A DNA stretch of 64,000 nucleotides from Scenedesmus sp. PABB004 (lineage: Eukaryota), in NCBI GenBank assembly GCA_014905635.1, contig JABVCE010000016.1, forward strand, positions 434,001 through 498,000, read 5' to 3'. A program made the translations under genes and the position numbers. Below are positions 1-16,300 of the stretch, piece by piece (the stretch's first letter is position 1; each line of letters begins with the position of its first letter). The notes under the pieces were generated by a model that saw only the letters and a program-made list of their open reading frames with translations, searched no databases and was not told the DNA's origin.

Positions 1-1388
1 ACCGCACCCCGCCGCCGCACCAGCGCGGCCGGCAGACGGGCTGGCAGCCGGCGCGCGCCGGCCGCGCCCACCGGCGGCCGCGCACCGGCAGCACCAGCAG
101 CAGCGACATCGCGCCCGTGGCGGCCTGCTCCAGGCCCTTGCTGTTGCGCGCCACGGCGCAGTGGACCAGCGCCAGCCACGCGGCGGGCAGGCCCCACAGC
201 CCCGCGGCCGCGAGGAGGCCGGTGACCGCGGGGCTGCTGCCCAGCGCCGCCAGGCCGGGCCCGCCCGCCGCGTCCGCCGCGCCCGGCGCCGCACGGCGCA
301 GCGGCACGCCTGGCTGCTCCACGCGCGCGGCCGCGCCCGCCGCGAGAAGCTGGCGCGTCGCCAGCGCCAGGACGAGGCAGTTGGCCGCGTTCACGAGCAC
401 CACGTGGCAGCCCACGCGCAGGTGGGTCTTGAACCTGCGCGCGTGTGGGCACGAGGCACGGCGCGAGGCGGCCGCTCTCAGCGCGCTGGTGGCGCTGCTC
501 CCGCCGGCGACCCGCCCACCCGCCGCTGGCGCGGTTGTCGCGCGGTTGTCGCGCCGCTGCCGCGCCGCTGCCCCGCGCCGCGCGCCTGTTGATGAGGAAA
601 TAGAGGTGCTGCTTCTCCTCCGCGTGCTTGCGCCGGTAGTCGCACCCCAGGCGCGAGTGCACGCGCCAGCCAAACTGCGCGTGCGTGCGCCACGCGAGCC
701 ACGCGTGCGCGGCGCCGGCGAGCGCAAAGCCCGCGACGAGGCCGCCGCGCCACGCGGGCGGCCGCGCGTCGATGACCGCCTGTGCGTGTGTGTGTGGGGC
801 GTTGCACGCGCGGGTGAGGCCAGGGCACGCCGCCAACGCGCTGCCGTCGCACCGCCAGCACCCGGCGCGCGCGCGCACCACGAAGATCAGCCAGAGCGCG
901 GCCGAGCCGAGCGCGAGCAGCGTGGACACGCGCAGCTGGTAGTCGTTCTCCTCGCGTATGGCGTCGAGCGTGAGGTATGCGAGCGTGAGCTGCGCGACCA
1001 CGGTGGTGACCAACACCTGGCGCTGCTCAGCGCTGCAGAGCCGCCAGGGCGGCCCGGCGCCGCCGCCGCAGTCCGCCTGGGCGTGGGAGTGGGGGGAGGG
1101 GACAAGGGCCGGGCGGTCGGCGCGCGTGCGGGTGCGGCGCTGCCGGCGGCGGCCGTCGCCGACGGTGCAGCAGCAGCGGCGGCGTACTGCCGCGCGCACC
1201 TCGTCGCCGGGTCGCAGCGCCGCGCAGAGCAGGCCCCCCCAGGTGCCAGCAGACGCCAGCACCAGCGTCACCAGCAGCTTGGAGGCAAGCGGCAGGCTTT
1301 GCCACAGCGAGGATGGAGCTGTTTTGCTGGTCGATGCGGCGAACGCGGCGTAGGGAGCGCCATTGCGCAGTTTCGTGCCCTTGGCCAT
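1..1388 (-). CDS. Multi-pass membrane protein, possibly UPF0658 Golgi-membrane-like; spliced, 3' end runs off the window
   Basis: ATG at 1388 (MAKGTKLRNG...LLVTLVLASAGTWGGLL). Later exons give VLVTTVVAQLTLAYLTLDAIREENDYQL and AQFGWRVHSRLGCDYRRK, resembling the 'ENxxQL...FGWxxxxxxGxD' pattern I recall for UPF0658. Several hydrophobic helices. Confidence 0.55.
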   Translation of the reverse strand, partial: MAKGTKLRNGAPYAAFAASTSKTAPSSLWQSLPLASKLLVTLVLASAGTWGGLLCAALRPGDEVRAAVRRRCCCTVGDGRRRQRRTRTRADRPALVPSPHSHAQADCGGGAGPPWRLCSAEQRQVLVTTVVAQLTLAYLTLDAIREENDYQLRVSTLLALGSAALWLIFVVRARAGCWRCDGSALAACPGLTRACNAPHTHAQAVIDARPPAWRGGLVAGFALAGAAHAWLAWRTHAQFGWRVHSRLGCDYRRKHAEEKQHLYFLINRRAARGSGAAAARQPRDNRASGGWAGRRREQRHQRAESGRLAPCLVPTRAQVQDPPARGLPRGARERGQLPRPGAGDAPASRGGRGRARGAARRAAAPCGAGRGGRGGRARPGGAGQQPRGHRPPRGRGAVGPARRVAGAGPLRRGAQQQGPGAGRHGRDVAAAGAAGARPPVGAAGARRLPARLPAALVRRRGA

Positions 1389-1958
1389 GGCTGCTCACTC
1401 GAGGGCAGCACGCCGGACCTCGCCGCGCCTCAGGGCGCTGCCGCGGGCTCCCGCGCGCTCGCAGTCGGGGACATCGCGCACGGGCCGGCGCGCAGGGCGC
1501 GGGCGCGCTGGTGGGTTGAAGTCAGTGCGATGATGGACCGGCCGGCGGAGGGGCTGGCGGCGGGCAGGGGTTTGTCGGCGGGGCGCGGCCCCAGGCGCCG
1601 GACGCCGCCGCTGGCTCGGAGGGTGCGGCGCGGCGCCCGGCGCACCGGGTGGCGACCGCTGTCGCGTCTCGTGCTCGTACCCATCAGCCTCTCTCGCGCG
1701 CAGCGCGGCAGGGAGCTCACGGCAGCTGCGCCGGGCGCGGGGCGGCGGCGGGGAAGTGGGCGGTCACGTCTCGCCGCCGCCGCCGCGAGTGAGGCCTCGC
1801 GCCCCTCGCCCGCCAGCCACTCCCGGTCCGCTTTCGGGCGGCCGACAACCACGACCTGCGCAGCTCCAGGCGACGCGCAGCAGCACCGCGACCACCAGAC
1901 CACAGCCACGCTGGTGCTACAGCTGCTGGCGCCGGGCGTGCGAGACCCAGCCGATGGA

Positions 1959-4900
1959 ATGAACTCCTCCTCTCTCGGAGGCCAGCGCCGGGCGCTGGCG
2001 CTCTACCTTGCGCTGCTGCTCCTGACGCAGCGTGCGTGGTGGCGCCGGGGCGGGCGCGACGCGGCTGCAGCATTGCGCCGGGGCGCGCCAGGCGGCGCGG
2101 CGAGGCGCCATGCGCGCCACGGCGCCGGGGGGGCCCCATGCGGCAGCTCTCCCCACCTCCCCGGCCTCCCCGGCCGCCGCCGACCCGCGGCACCCCGCTG
2201 TTCCGCTCCGCCGTCGCAGTGGCAACGCCCGGCCGCGGCCATGCGGGCTGCGGGCACTCGCGCGTGGCGCACCAGGCCAAGGCCTGGAGCCAGCTGCACC
2301 GGCAGCACCGCGAGCTGCTCCAGCGCCGCCAGGACGCCGCGCAGGGCCTGCTGCTCGCACCGGCAGCCACGGGCGCCAACGGCAGCAGCACCAGCAGCAC
2401 CAGCGGGGACGCCGCCGCCGCGCCGGCGCTGCTGAGGGGCGGCGCGCGCGGCGCCGCCGCCGAGCGCGGGCGCGGCGCCGCCGCGCGGCGCGTGCCGCCG
2501 CGCCGCCTGGCCGAGACGCCCGAAAAGGTGCCCATCCGCATCTGGGTGGAGTACCAGGGCCTCGGCGCGCTCTCCGCCGACGGCAAGCGGCACCTCCAAA
2601 ACACCGTCAACATCGCGCTCGGCGTGCTGCAAAAGTTCTTCAAGGCGCGCGGCAGCGCGGCAGCGGGGGCAGCGCGGCGGCGCGACAGCGCGGCAGCAGC
2701 TGGCGCGGGGCGGCAGCTGGCGCAGCGCCAGCGCCGACGCCCGCGCCGTGCGCCCCCATCCCCGCGCAGGTGCGGCGCCCCGTGCCGGGCCGGCTGGGCG
2801 TGAAGCCCTTTTGCCGCATGTGGGACTCGGCCAACTACTGCAACCAGCACCAGCCCGACTTTCTCGGCGGCGGCGCGGACAACACGTGCGGCTCGGCGCT
2901 GATCAACTCCAGCCACATCGCAAAGTACACGCAGTGCAGCCTCGGCGGCTTCTCGTGCGACACCTACCCCGGTGCGCGCCGCCCCCGCGCGCCCCTGCGC
3001 GCCGCGCACCCCCGCGCGCCGCGCGCCTTCACGCCCCCGCGCCCCCGCGCGCCGCGCGCCCCCGCCGCCGCGCGCCCCACCTCGCGCCCCCACCACCTCG
3101 CGCCTCTCACGCCTCTCACGCCTCTCACGCCTCCCCGCTCCCCCCCCCCCCTTGAAGGCGGTGGCGGCGAGGCGACCGACTACTACCTCTACATCACCGC
3201 CCACCAGGACGAGCACTGCGCGAGCGGCGCGGTCGCGTGGGCGCTGCCCTGCCTCTACGACGACGCGACCAACCGCCCGCTGCTCGGCAGCGCCAACGTC
3301 TGCCCCGAGGCGCTGCTCAACGCCGACCCCGACGCCGGCGTCGCGGTGCTCGTGCACGAGCTCACGCACGCGCTGGGGTTTACCGACGACATGTTTGACA
3401 AGTTTATCGACGCCGACGGCGCGCCGCTGCCGGAGAGCGCGGTGGTGCAGGAGTACGTCGACGCGTACGGCCGCACCACGCCGATGATCATCACGCCGAC
3501 CGTCGCGGCCGAGGTGCGGTCGCAGTTTGGCTGCGACCGCCTGCCCGGCGCGGCGCTCGAGAACGAGGGCGGCCAGGGCAGCGCGATGGCGCACTGGGAG
3601 TACCGCTGGTTCCAGGTGCGCCGCGGCGCGGCGGCGGCGGGGGCGCGCGGGCGCGGCGCGGCGGCACGGGCGCGGCGGCGCGGCGGCGGCGCCGCGCTCG
3701 GCCCGCGGTGTGTGTGTGACCCGCGCGCGCGCCCCGCGCCCCGCGGCGCAGGGCGAGCTGATGGTCGCGACCAACCTGTTTGCCGTCTACGGCAAGCCCG
3801 CGACGATGAGCCGCATCACCCTCGCGTTCATGCAGGCGCGCCGACGGGCGGGGCGACGGGCGGGGCGCGGGGCGGGGCGCCGCGGCGCGCCGCGCCGCGC
3901 GCGGCCGGGGCTGCAGCGCGGTGTGCGCGCGCGCCGCGCCCACGCCCGCGCCGCCGCCGCCGCCGCCGCCGCGCGCCGCTCCGCCCGCCTGCCCCGCCCT
4001 CCTCCCTCGTCCCGCTCGCAGGACACGGGCTGGTACGACGTCGACTGGTCGGCCGCGGGGTTCCTCAACTGGGGCTACAAGGCGGGCTGCGACTTTGTGG
4101 CCAAGACCTGCGCCGACTACATCGCCGCGCACCCGGAGCAGCAGTACTACTGCTCGCCGGCCGAGTACGCGGACGACGTCAACACGGTCTGCACGTTTGA
4201 CGGCCTCGCGCGCGCAAAGTGCGAGGACGCGCAGTTTGCCGACGGCTGCATCATGAAGGTGCGTGTGCGCGTGCGTGTGCGTGCGTGTGCGTGCGCGCGT
4301 GCGTGCGCCGGCGGCGCGGCGCGCGGCGCGCTGCGCTGGGCTGGGCCGCCACCCGCGGCCGGGCTGTGCGTGCGCCGGCGCCGAGACGCGCGCCCGCCGC
4401 CGGCCGCGCGCGCGCGCGCGCCAGGTCGCGCTCGGGACGTCGCCCAACTGCCTGTCCAAGCAGTACGCGTCGGCGGCGGGCGACAAGTTTGGCTGGCGCA
4501 ACGGGCTGTCGAGCCGCTGCGCGCCGGTGACGTGGCTGTTCAACACGCACGCGTACCAGTTCCCCGACTCCTCCTACAAGGAGGGCTGGCGCGACAGCAT
4601 GTGCTACGCGTCGAGCTGCACCGACGGGTCGCTGCAGCTCGACGTCCTGGGCACCAAGGTGCCCTGCCCGAGCGGGCAGCGCGTCGACCTCGCCAAGGTG
4701 CTGCCGTCGCAGTTCCAGAAGGGCCTCATCGGCCCCTGCCCCGACAACGCGGCCTACTGCGGCGGCCTCGCGTGCGGCGAGGCGTGCACGGTCGGCGGGA
4801 CGTGCGTGGCGGGGCGGTGCTACTGCAACCTCGCGTACACGGGGCCGAGCTGCGGCCAGAAGCTCACCGCCGACGGCAACTACAGCGCATACGTGCCCGT

Positions 4901-6290
4901 CGTCGAGGACCCGACCTCGCCCACGCCCGCGGCGGTGGACGACGGCTTCCTCATGGTGCGCCGCCGCGGGGCTCTGGGGGGCAGTGAGGGTTCAGGGTTC
5001 AGGCAGAGCGTCAGGCCCTGGAGGGGGTGTGGGTTCGCTCGGCCCGCGCCCGCTCACGCGCGCCCGCGCCCGCCCCGCGCCGCCCGCGCCGCGCCGCGCC
5101 GCGCCGCGCCGCAGGTGTCGGCGCGCCTCTCCAACGACCAGGAGGCGCTCTACCTGGCGCTGGACAAGTACAAGGCCGCCGTGGCGCAGCTCGCGGGCGT
5201 CGCGACGAGCCGCGTCGCGGTGCTGTCCTTCCTAACCGACGCGCCGGCGACGAGCCTCATCGGCCGCCGCCGCGCGGCGCGGCGCCGCCTCGCGGCCGCC
5301 GGCGGCGGCGGCGACAGCGACGGCGACGCGCTGTGGGAGCCGCCGCTCGGCGGCGGCGCCGCAGGCGGCGTGCGCGGCGCGCTGCGGTCGCTGCTGCAGC
5401 GGTCGAGCGGGACGCTGGAGGTGTACAGCCGCGTCGCGACGATCTCCAAGTCGGACGCGGACGCGATCACGTCCCGCATCTCCAACGAGACGCGCCAGGC
5501 CGAGTTTGGCGCGGCGCTCGCGGCGGCGGGGCTGCGCCTCGTGGCCGGCTCGATCAGCGTGCGCTCCGCCGACGCGGGCGCGCCGGGGAGCGGCGGCTGG
5601 GGCCTGCCGCGGCTCAGCATGTCCGACCCGAGCACGCGGCGCATCATCATCATCGTCGCCGCGAGCGTCGGCGCGGGCCTGGTGCTCCTGCTCGCCGCCT
5701 GGGCGGTCAGCTGCTGCCTGCGGCGGCGGCGGCGCAGCCGCGCCGCGCCCGCGGGCGCTCCGTCGCAGCAGCAGTTCCTCACCAGCCCGCCTGGCGGCGG
5801 CGGCGGCTGGGCCGGCAGCGGCAGCGGCAGCGCGACGCCCGGCTCGAGCGGCAGCGGCGGCGGCCGCCCGGGCGGCGGCGGCGGCGGCCGGACGCTGTTC
5901 GGCGCGCGCGCCGCGCCCGCGGCGCCGCCGCCCGCGCCTGGCGGGCGTCCGGCCAACCCCTTCGCGGGCAGCAGCGGCGCGTTTGTCAGCGGCCTCGCGG
6001 GCGGCGGTGGGCGCGGCGGCAGCGCGGGCTACGCGCCGCCGCCGCCCGCCGCCGGCGGCGTCCCGGCCGGCGGCTTCACCGTCGCCGGGCAGACGTTTGC
6101 GACGCGGCGGGAGGCCGAGGAGTTTGCGCTCGCGACCGCGCTGCAGCGCAGCCTGCACGAGTCGGGGCCGCCGCAGCACTTCCTGCCGCACGCGAGCGCC
6201 GGCGGCGCCGCGCCGCCGCCCTGGCGGGCGGCGCCGGAGGGCCCGCAGCCCTATCCGAACATTCAGTACGCCCCGCAGCCGCGGCGGTGA
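1959..6290 (+). CDS. Leishmanolysin/GP63-like zinc metalloprotease (peptidase M8), type I membrane protein with EGF-like domain; ~8 exons
   Basis: Signal peptide (RRALALYLALLLL), propeptide CGH, zinc motif VLVHELTHALGF, LENEGGQGSAMAHWEYRWFQ/GELM, MSRITLAFMQ/DTGWY, EGF-like CTVGGTCVAGRCYCNLAYTGPSC, TM IIIIVAASVGAGLVLLLAAWAV, TGA at 6288-6290. Confidence 0.9.
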
Positions 6291-6375
6291 GGGCGCCGCC
6301 GGGCGGGGCGCGCGCGGCGCGACGCGCCGGAGCTGCAGCTGCAGGCGGCGGAGAGCTCGGCGTGGGGCTACAGGC

Positions 6376-6380
6376 TTACA
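6376..6380 (-). promoter_or_regulatory. Putative chlorophyte poly(A) signal TGTAA for CGLD27
   Basis: TTACA on + strand, ~610 nt past the CGLD27 stop; rare AT-rich word in this background. Confidence 0.35.
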
Positions 6381-6989
6381 GGGGCAGCGCTCCAAACGCC
6401 GGGGGGCGGGCGTAGCCGGGGCGGCGGGGCAGAGACGAGCGCGCGAGCACGTTGCGCCCGCCAGGCTTGACGGGAATTGGTGGTGCTCCACGCCACGTGA
6501 GACAGGCAGGCAGCGGTCTGAACGAGGCAGGCCCAACGCACGCGTGTAGATGTGGGCGCGGTTGCTTGACCCGCGCGTGGCCGCAGCACTGACCTTGCGC
6601 GCGCCTGGTCGCGCGCCGCCGCCGCCGGGGGGCCCCCGGCCCGCCTCTGCGCAAGAGGCGGCCGCGCACGCACCCCACTGCGCCGGCCCGCGACGGCGGC
6701 GGCCGCGCCGGCGCGCCGAAGAACCAACAAGCGAGGCTGCGCCTCTGCTCTGTCCCTATCTTTTGCTGCCGATGTTGCGGCGGCGGCAGGAGCCTGAGAG
6801 TAACTCGCTTACTCACGTCAAGCGACCGACCGCTCTCCGCGCACCTCACCCTGCACACCACAGCGCATCACCGCAAACCAGCAGCGCCCTCGCCACACCG
6901 GTGTGGTGAGGGCGGTACCGCCCTCCAAACAAACGCCCTCGCCCCAGACGCCGCTCGCTCTTATTCTGCAGCTCCCTGCCCCGCCCGCC

Positions 6990-8266
6990 TCACCGCCCGC
7001 CCGCGGACATGTGGGTGCGCAGGTCGTACGGCGGCGGCGCGTCGCCGCCGTCCGCCTCGTCCAGCGCCCAGGGCTCGTACGCCGCGACGGCGTCCTCGTA
7101 TGCGCGCGCGCCGCTGCCGCTGCTGCCGCTGCTGCCGCTGCTGCCGCTGCCGCTCGCGACGTACGCAGAGGGGTCATAATAGGGCGTGCCCGTCACCGGC
7201 GGCGGCGGCACCGCGGCGAGCAGCACCATCGCCGCGGCGAGCGAGCCTGCGCGCGCAGGGATGGCAGGTGGCGGCGGCGCGCTCAGCCGCGCCCCGGTAT
7301 CGCCTGCCCGCTGCCCGCGGGGCCGCCGACGCCGCCGGCGCCGCCTGCCCGCGCCGCACCGCCGAGGCCGAGCAGCGTGCGCTTGAGGCGGCCGAGGGCG
7401 GGCTTGACGCTGTAGTTGCACATCAGCCGGTCCCGCATGAGCATCTGCGGCGTCTTGACCCAAATTTGACCATCGTACCAACCCGACTCTTCGTATTCCA
7501 CCGTCGCGCTGATGAGGCGGTCGCCGACGTGGCGGAAGCCGAGGTAGAGGCGCCACACGAGCACCGTCACGACAAAGCTGCTCCCCGCGCTCGCGGCGGC
7601 GAGGCACTGCAGCAGCTGCGCGCGGCGGGGCGCCGCGCGGGGGCGCGGCAGGCGTCGGTGGCGGCGCGGCGGCAGCGCGGCGGCGGGCGGGGCGGCGCCG
7701 CGCACCTCCTTGTGCAGGTCAAACGTCACCGCGCTCACGGGCAGGCCGAGCGTGACGAAGAAGCCGAGCCACGCGGTGCCCAGCTTGGTCGCGAACAGGG
7801 GCAGCGGCATGGTGGCCCAGTCGAACAGGAACGTCTCCTGCGCGCCCGCGGCGCCGGCCGGCGGCGGCGGGCGGCGGCGGGCGGCGGCGGCGGTCGGGCG
7901 CCGCCGCGGCGCGACGCCAGCCGGCGGCCGCGCGGGAGGAGCGAGGGGCGGCGCCGGGCGCCACGACAGGCCCCAGATCGGGCCCGCCCGGGCGCGGCAT
8001 GGGGCGTGGCAGCAGCAGCAAGACGCTCATCTCCCGCGCACCTGCAGCTCCTTGAGCTGGCTCAGCGGCTGCTGCTCGCTGGGCACCGGGCACTGGACGG
8101 TGTCCAGCAGGTCGTTGAAGCGCTCGTCGCCACCCGCGGCCCGGCACAGAACGCGCGCGTGCTGCTGCCGGCCACGTGCCGGGCACGCCGCGGCCGCCGC
8201 GGCCGGCGCGCCGCGCCATGCCATCAGGCCGGCCGGCGACCGACGGGCGAGCAGGCACGTGGCCAT
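6990..8266 (-). CDS. CGLD27: CGLD27 / Ycf36 (DUF1230) plastid protein; spliced
   Basis: CPVPSEQQPLSQLKEL and HVGDRLISATVEYEESGWYDGQIWVKTPQMLMRDRL are family hallmarks; transit-peptide-like N-terminus (MATCLLARR, ATG at 8266; an alternative in-frame ATG lies further upstream). Confidence 0.9.
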
Positions 8267-8746
8267 GGCGCGCCGCTGCCGCGCGGCGCTCGCTGCTGCC
8301 GCTGCTGGTGTGCCGCCGCCGCCGCCGCGGCAAGCACCTGTGCTGGTGGGCGTGGTGGTGGGCTGGTTGTTGTGAGCCTGACACATGGGCGGGCGGGCAG
8401 GGCCCGTTCGCGCCGGCGCGAGGCGTGCGCGCGGCGGCGAAGCGCGAGGGTTCGCCTCCGCCGCCGCCGTCGCTCGACCTCGACGCCCTGACGGTGCAGT
8501 GCTGCAGAGAGTGAGCCTCCCGTCTCCGCCCGCCGCGCGCACGTCGGCCGCCGCCGGCGCGCGCACCGCCGCGAGCAGCGGCGCCGCTCCGGCCGCCGCG
8601 CCTGCAGCGCGGGCCGCCGGCCGCGGCGCGCCGGCATCCACGCGACGCACATGCCGCGGCCCTAGCCTCCGCGCCGTTCGCAGCGCCGCGCCGGGCGGCG
8701 GCGTGGAGTGCAGCCCGGCCGCGCCATCCGCGCGGCGTCGGCGGCG

Positions 8747-13128
<4,382 letters not shown>

Positions 13129-13366
13129 GGCCGCGACTGCCAGCAAGCGGCGGGGGCGAGCGGGGGTGCGGCGCTGCCGGGCGTGACCGTGCCGCGGGCG
13201 CGCGTCGTGCGCGCGCGTGATCAAGAGCGGGGCGCGGCGTCGCGCGTGCGAGGCGGTTACGCGGGGCCTTTGCGACCGCCTGCACCGGCGAATGCAACTC
13301 CCGAGTGGTCCGGCGCGCCCCCGCCGGCGCGCCCCCGAGCCGCCGCCGCCGCCGCCTCGGCCTCGG

Positions 13367-16300
13367 TCAGTAGCCGCCGCCCTCGCGCACGTCGACCGAC
13401 GAGCCCGGCCGCATGTGCCGGAACGTGCAGGCGTCGCCCTTGGGGCAGCCGCCGCGGCTGAAAAACTTGCAGGGCCGCCCCGTGCGCCACGCCTCGCCAC
13501 CGGGCGGCGGCGTGGCGCGGTACGCGGGCGCCTGTTCGCGGGCCCAGTAGGTGCCCTCGGCCGCCGGCGGCGCGTAGGTGTGGTGGTGGTGCTGCTGCTG
13601 CTGCTGCATCGGCGGCGGCGCATGCGCGTGCGCGTACCCCGGGTGCTGCGGCGGCGCGTACGCCGCGTGCTGCTGCATCGGCTGCATCGGCGGCGGCGGC
13701 TGCTGCGCCTGCATCGGCATCTGCAGCACCTGCTGCTGCGGCTGCCCCGGCTGCTGCACCAGCACCATGCCCGGCGGCAGCGCGAGCTGCTGCCCCGGCT
13801 GGCCCTGGAGCAGCACCATGCCCTGCGGGCCCTGCACGACCACGCCCTGGCCCATGCCCGGCATGCTGAGCGGCATGCTCATGGGCATCCCCCCCGACAC
13901 GGCCACGTACTGCTGCGGCGCGCTGCCCGGCGGCGGCGCCGGCTGCTGCTGCTGCTGCTGTGGCGGCGCCGCCGCCATCGGCGCGGGCGCCGCGGGCTGC
14001 GCCTGCGCCGCCGCTGCCGCCGCCGGCGGCGGGCCCAGCACGCCCTGCAGCGATGCGAGCGCCGCCAGCAGCGCGGCCTGGCTGTTGCCGCCGCTTGCCG
14101 GGCCCGACGACGATGCGGGCGCCCCAAACGGCTGCTGCTGCTGCTGCGGCTGCTGCTGCTGTTGCTGCGGCGGCGGCGGCTGCTGCTGCGGCTGCTGCGG
14201 CGGCAGTGAATGCATCATGAGCTGCGGCGCCTGCTGCTGCGGCGCCTGCTGCTGCGGCGCCAGCTGCTGCAGCACCAGGCCCTGCTGCCCCGGGCCCTGC
14301 TGGAGCACGTACTGCGGCGCCGCGTGCTGCTGCTGCTGCGGCTGCTGCATCAGCACGACCTGCTGCTGCTGCCCCGGCGCCGCCTGCCCCGGCTGCTGCA
14401 GCACCACCAGCTGCGGCTGGGGCTGCTGCTGCGGCGCCGCCGCCGGCGCGGCCAGCGGGATGATCCGGACGTTGCGGTCGTGATAGGGAACATTGAACAG
14501 CGCGCTCTGCGGCACGAGCAGCTGGGGCGTCTCCAGCGCCCCGCCACCGCCGGCCGGGGGCCGAGGCATCTCCAGCGCCCGCGGGCTGAACAGCGCGCCC
14601 AGGTCGCCGGCCGCGGCCTGGCTCGGCGCCATGGTGCTGCCCTCGCCGGCGGCGACCTGCGGTCGGCGGCGCGGCGGCGGTCGGCGGGGCGCGCTCGGCG
14701 CGCCAGCCCGGGCGCGCCGCACAGCGCACTCGGCGCACTCGGCGCACTCGGCGCACTCGGCGCACACACCTGCCAGCTCGGGTCGAGCGGCACCGCCGGC
14801 GGCTGCACCCAGTCGGTGCCGGGCTGCATCGCGCCGATGGCCTCGCGCATGCGTGCCGCCGCGGCCTCAGCCTCGCGGTGGTGCTGCTCGATGATCTGGC
14901 GCTCGCGCGCGTGCTCCATGCGCGCCGCCTGGTCAAACGCGGCGTGCCCCGTCCGCGCGTGCCCCACCGCGAGCTCGCGCAGCTGCTCGTCGGTGAGGTG
15001 CGCGTCCTTGCAGGCCTGCGCGGCGGGCGGTGCGGGCGGCGCGGCGGCGGCGGTGAGCGCGCCCGCGCCGGCGGGGGCGGGCCCGGGCCGCGCCGCGCGC
15101 GCGGGGCTGCGTGCGCGGCGCATGCGCATGCGCGCCGCGGGTGCCGGCGGCGGCGTACGCTGGCGGGCGGGTCGTCCTTGATGAACCACCTCACTGCCAC
15201 GAGCTCACGCTCGGCCCGCCAGCACACGCGCCGCCGGGGGCGCGCCTTGCCCTCCTTGCCCTCCTTGGCCTCCTTGCCCTCCTTGGCCTCCTTGGTCCCC
15301 GCGGCGCCGGCGGCAGGCGCGGCAGGCGCGCCGCCGGCGCCGCCCGCGCCGCCGCCGGCCCACGCGCCGCCGAGCAGGGCCGCGATGCCGCCGGCGCCGG
15401 GCTCCACCACCGCGCCCGTCGCGCCGCGCAGGCCCGCGCCAAACGCGAGGCGGCGCGAGCCGGGCGCGCGCGCGAGGCTGCTGGTGGTCGGCGGCCCGCG
15501 CGGCGCGCCGCCGGGCTGCTGCTGCGCAGCGGGCGCCGGCTGCGCCACGGTGAGCAGCAGCTGCACGCGCTCCTCACCCACCACCAGCTGCACCTGCACG
15601 CGTGGCTCCTGCGGCGCCGGCGCGGTCGCGCCGGCGCCGGCAGCCCCTGGCGCCGCCGCCGCCGGCTGCTGCTGCTGCCTGCCGCCCATGAGCCGGCCTG
15701 CCTCGGCGGCGTCGATGGTCTGCACCAGGTTGCTCTGCAGCGCCGCGGGCAGCGCCGCGCCGGCGCGGCGTGAGCAGCGGCGCAGCAGCGTGGCGGCGCG
15801 CGCGCGAGGGGGAGAAGGGAGCGCACGCGCAGGGGTGCTGGGCGCGTGCCCGCCCGCGCGCCCGGCCGGGCCCCACGCCGTGGCCACGCCGCTCACCCGC
15901 TTCTGCGCAGCCTTGCCGCCCACGCCCGGCCGCGCCTGCAGCGGCTTGGGCTTGGCGGCGCCGCCCGCGGCGGCCGCGGCGGCTCCGGGCCTGAACAGGT
16001 CACCGTCGCTGACCACGTGAATGCCTGCGCCGCCGGCCGCGACGCCGCCGGGGCGCGCCAGCGGCGACGGGGCGCCGGCGCCGGCGGCGCGCTGCTGCTG
16101 CTGCTGCTGCTGCGGCCCCCCAGACGCGGGGGCGCCGGCCGTCGCCTGCGCAGCGGGCGGGGCGGTGCCGAGCGGGGCGGCGGCGGTCAGGGCGCAGCGT
16201 CGTGCGACCCCGACGTGCGGCAGTCTCGCGTGGCGCTGCCAACAACAGCACAACACATCTAGATGCTAGCACCCCTTGCAGGCAGGCTCAGAACCAGGCC

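Noticed and set aside
13578..14483. Cys-rich metallothionein/keratin-like ORF on the + strand
   Set aside because: It is the antisense shadow of the Q/P-rich (CAG)n exon of the PNUTS-like gene.
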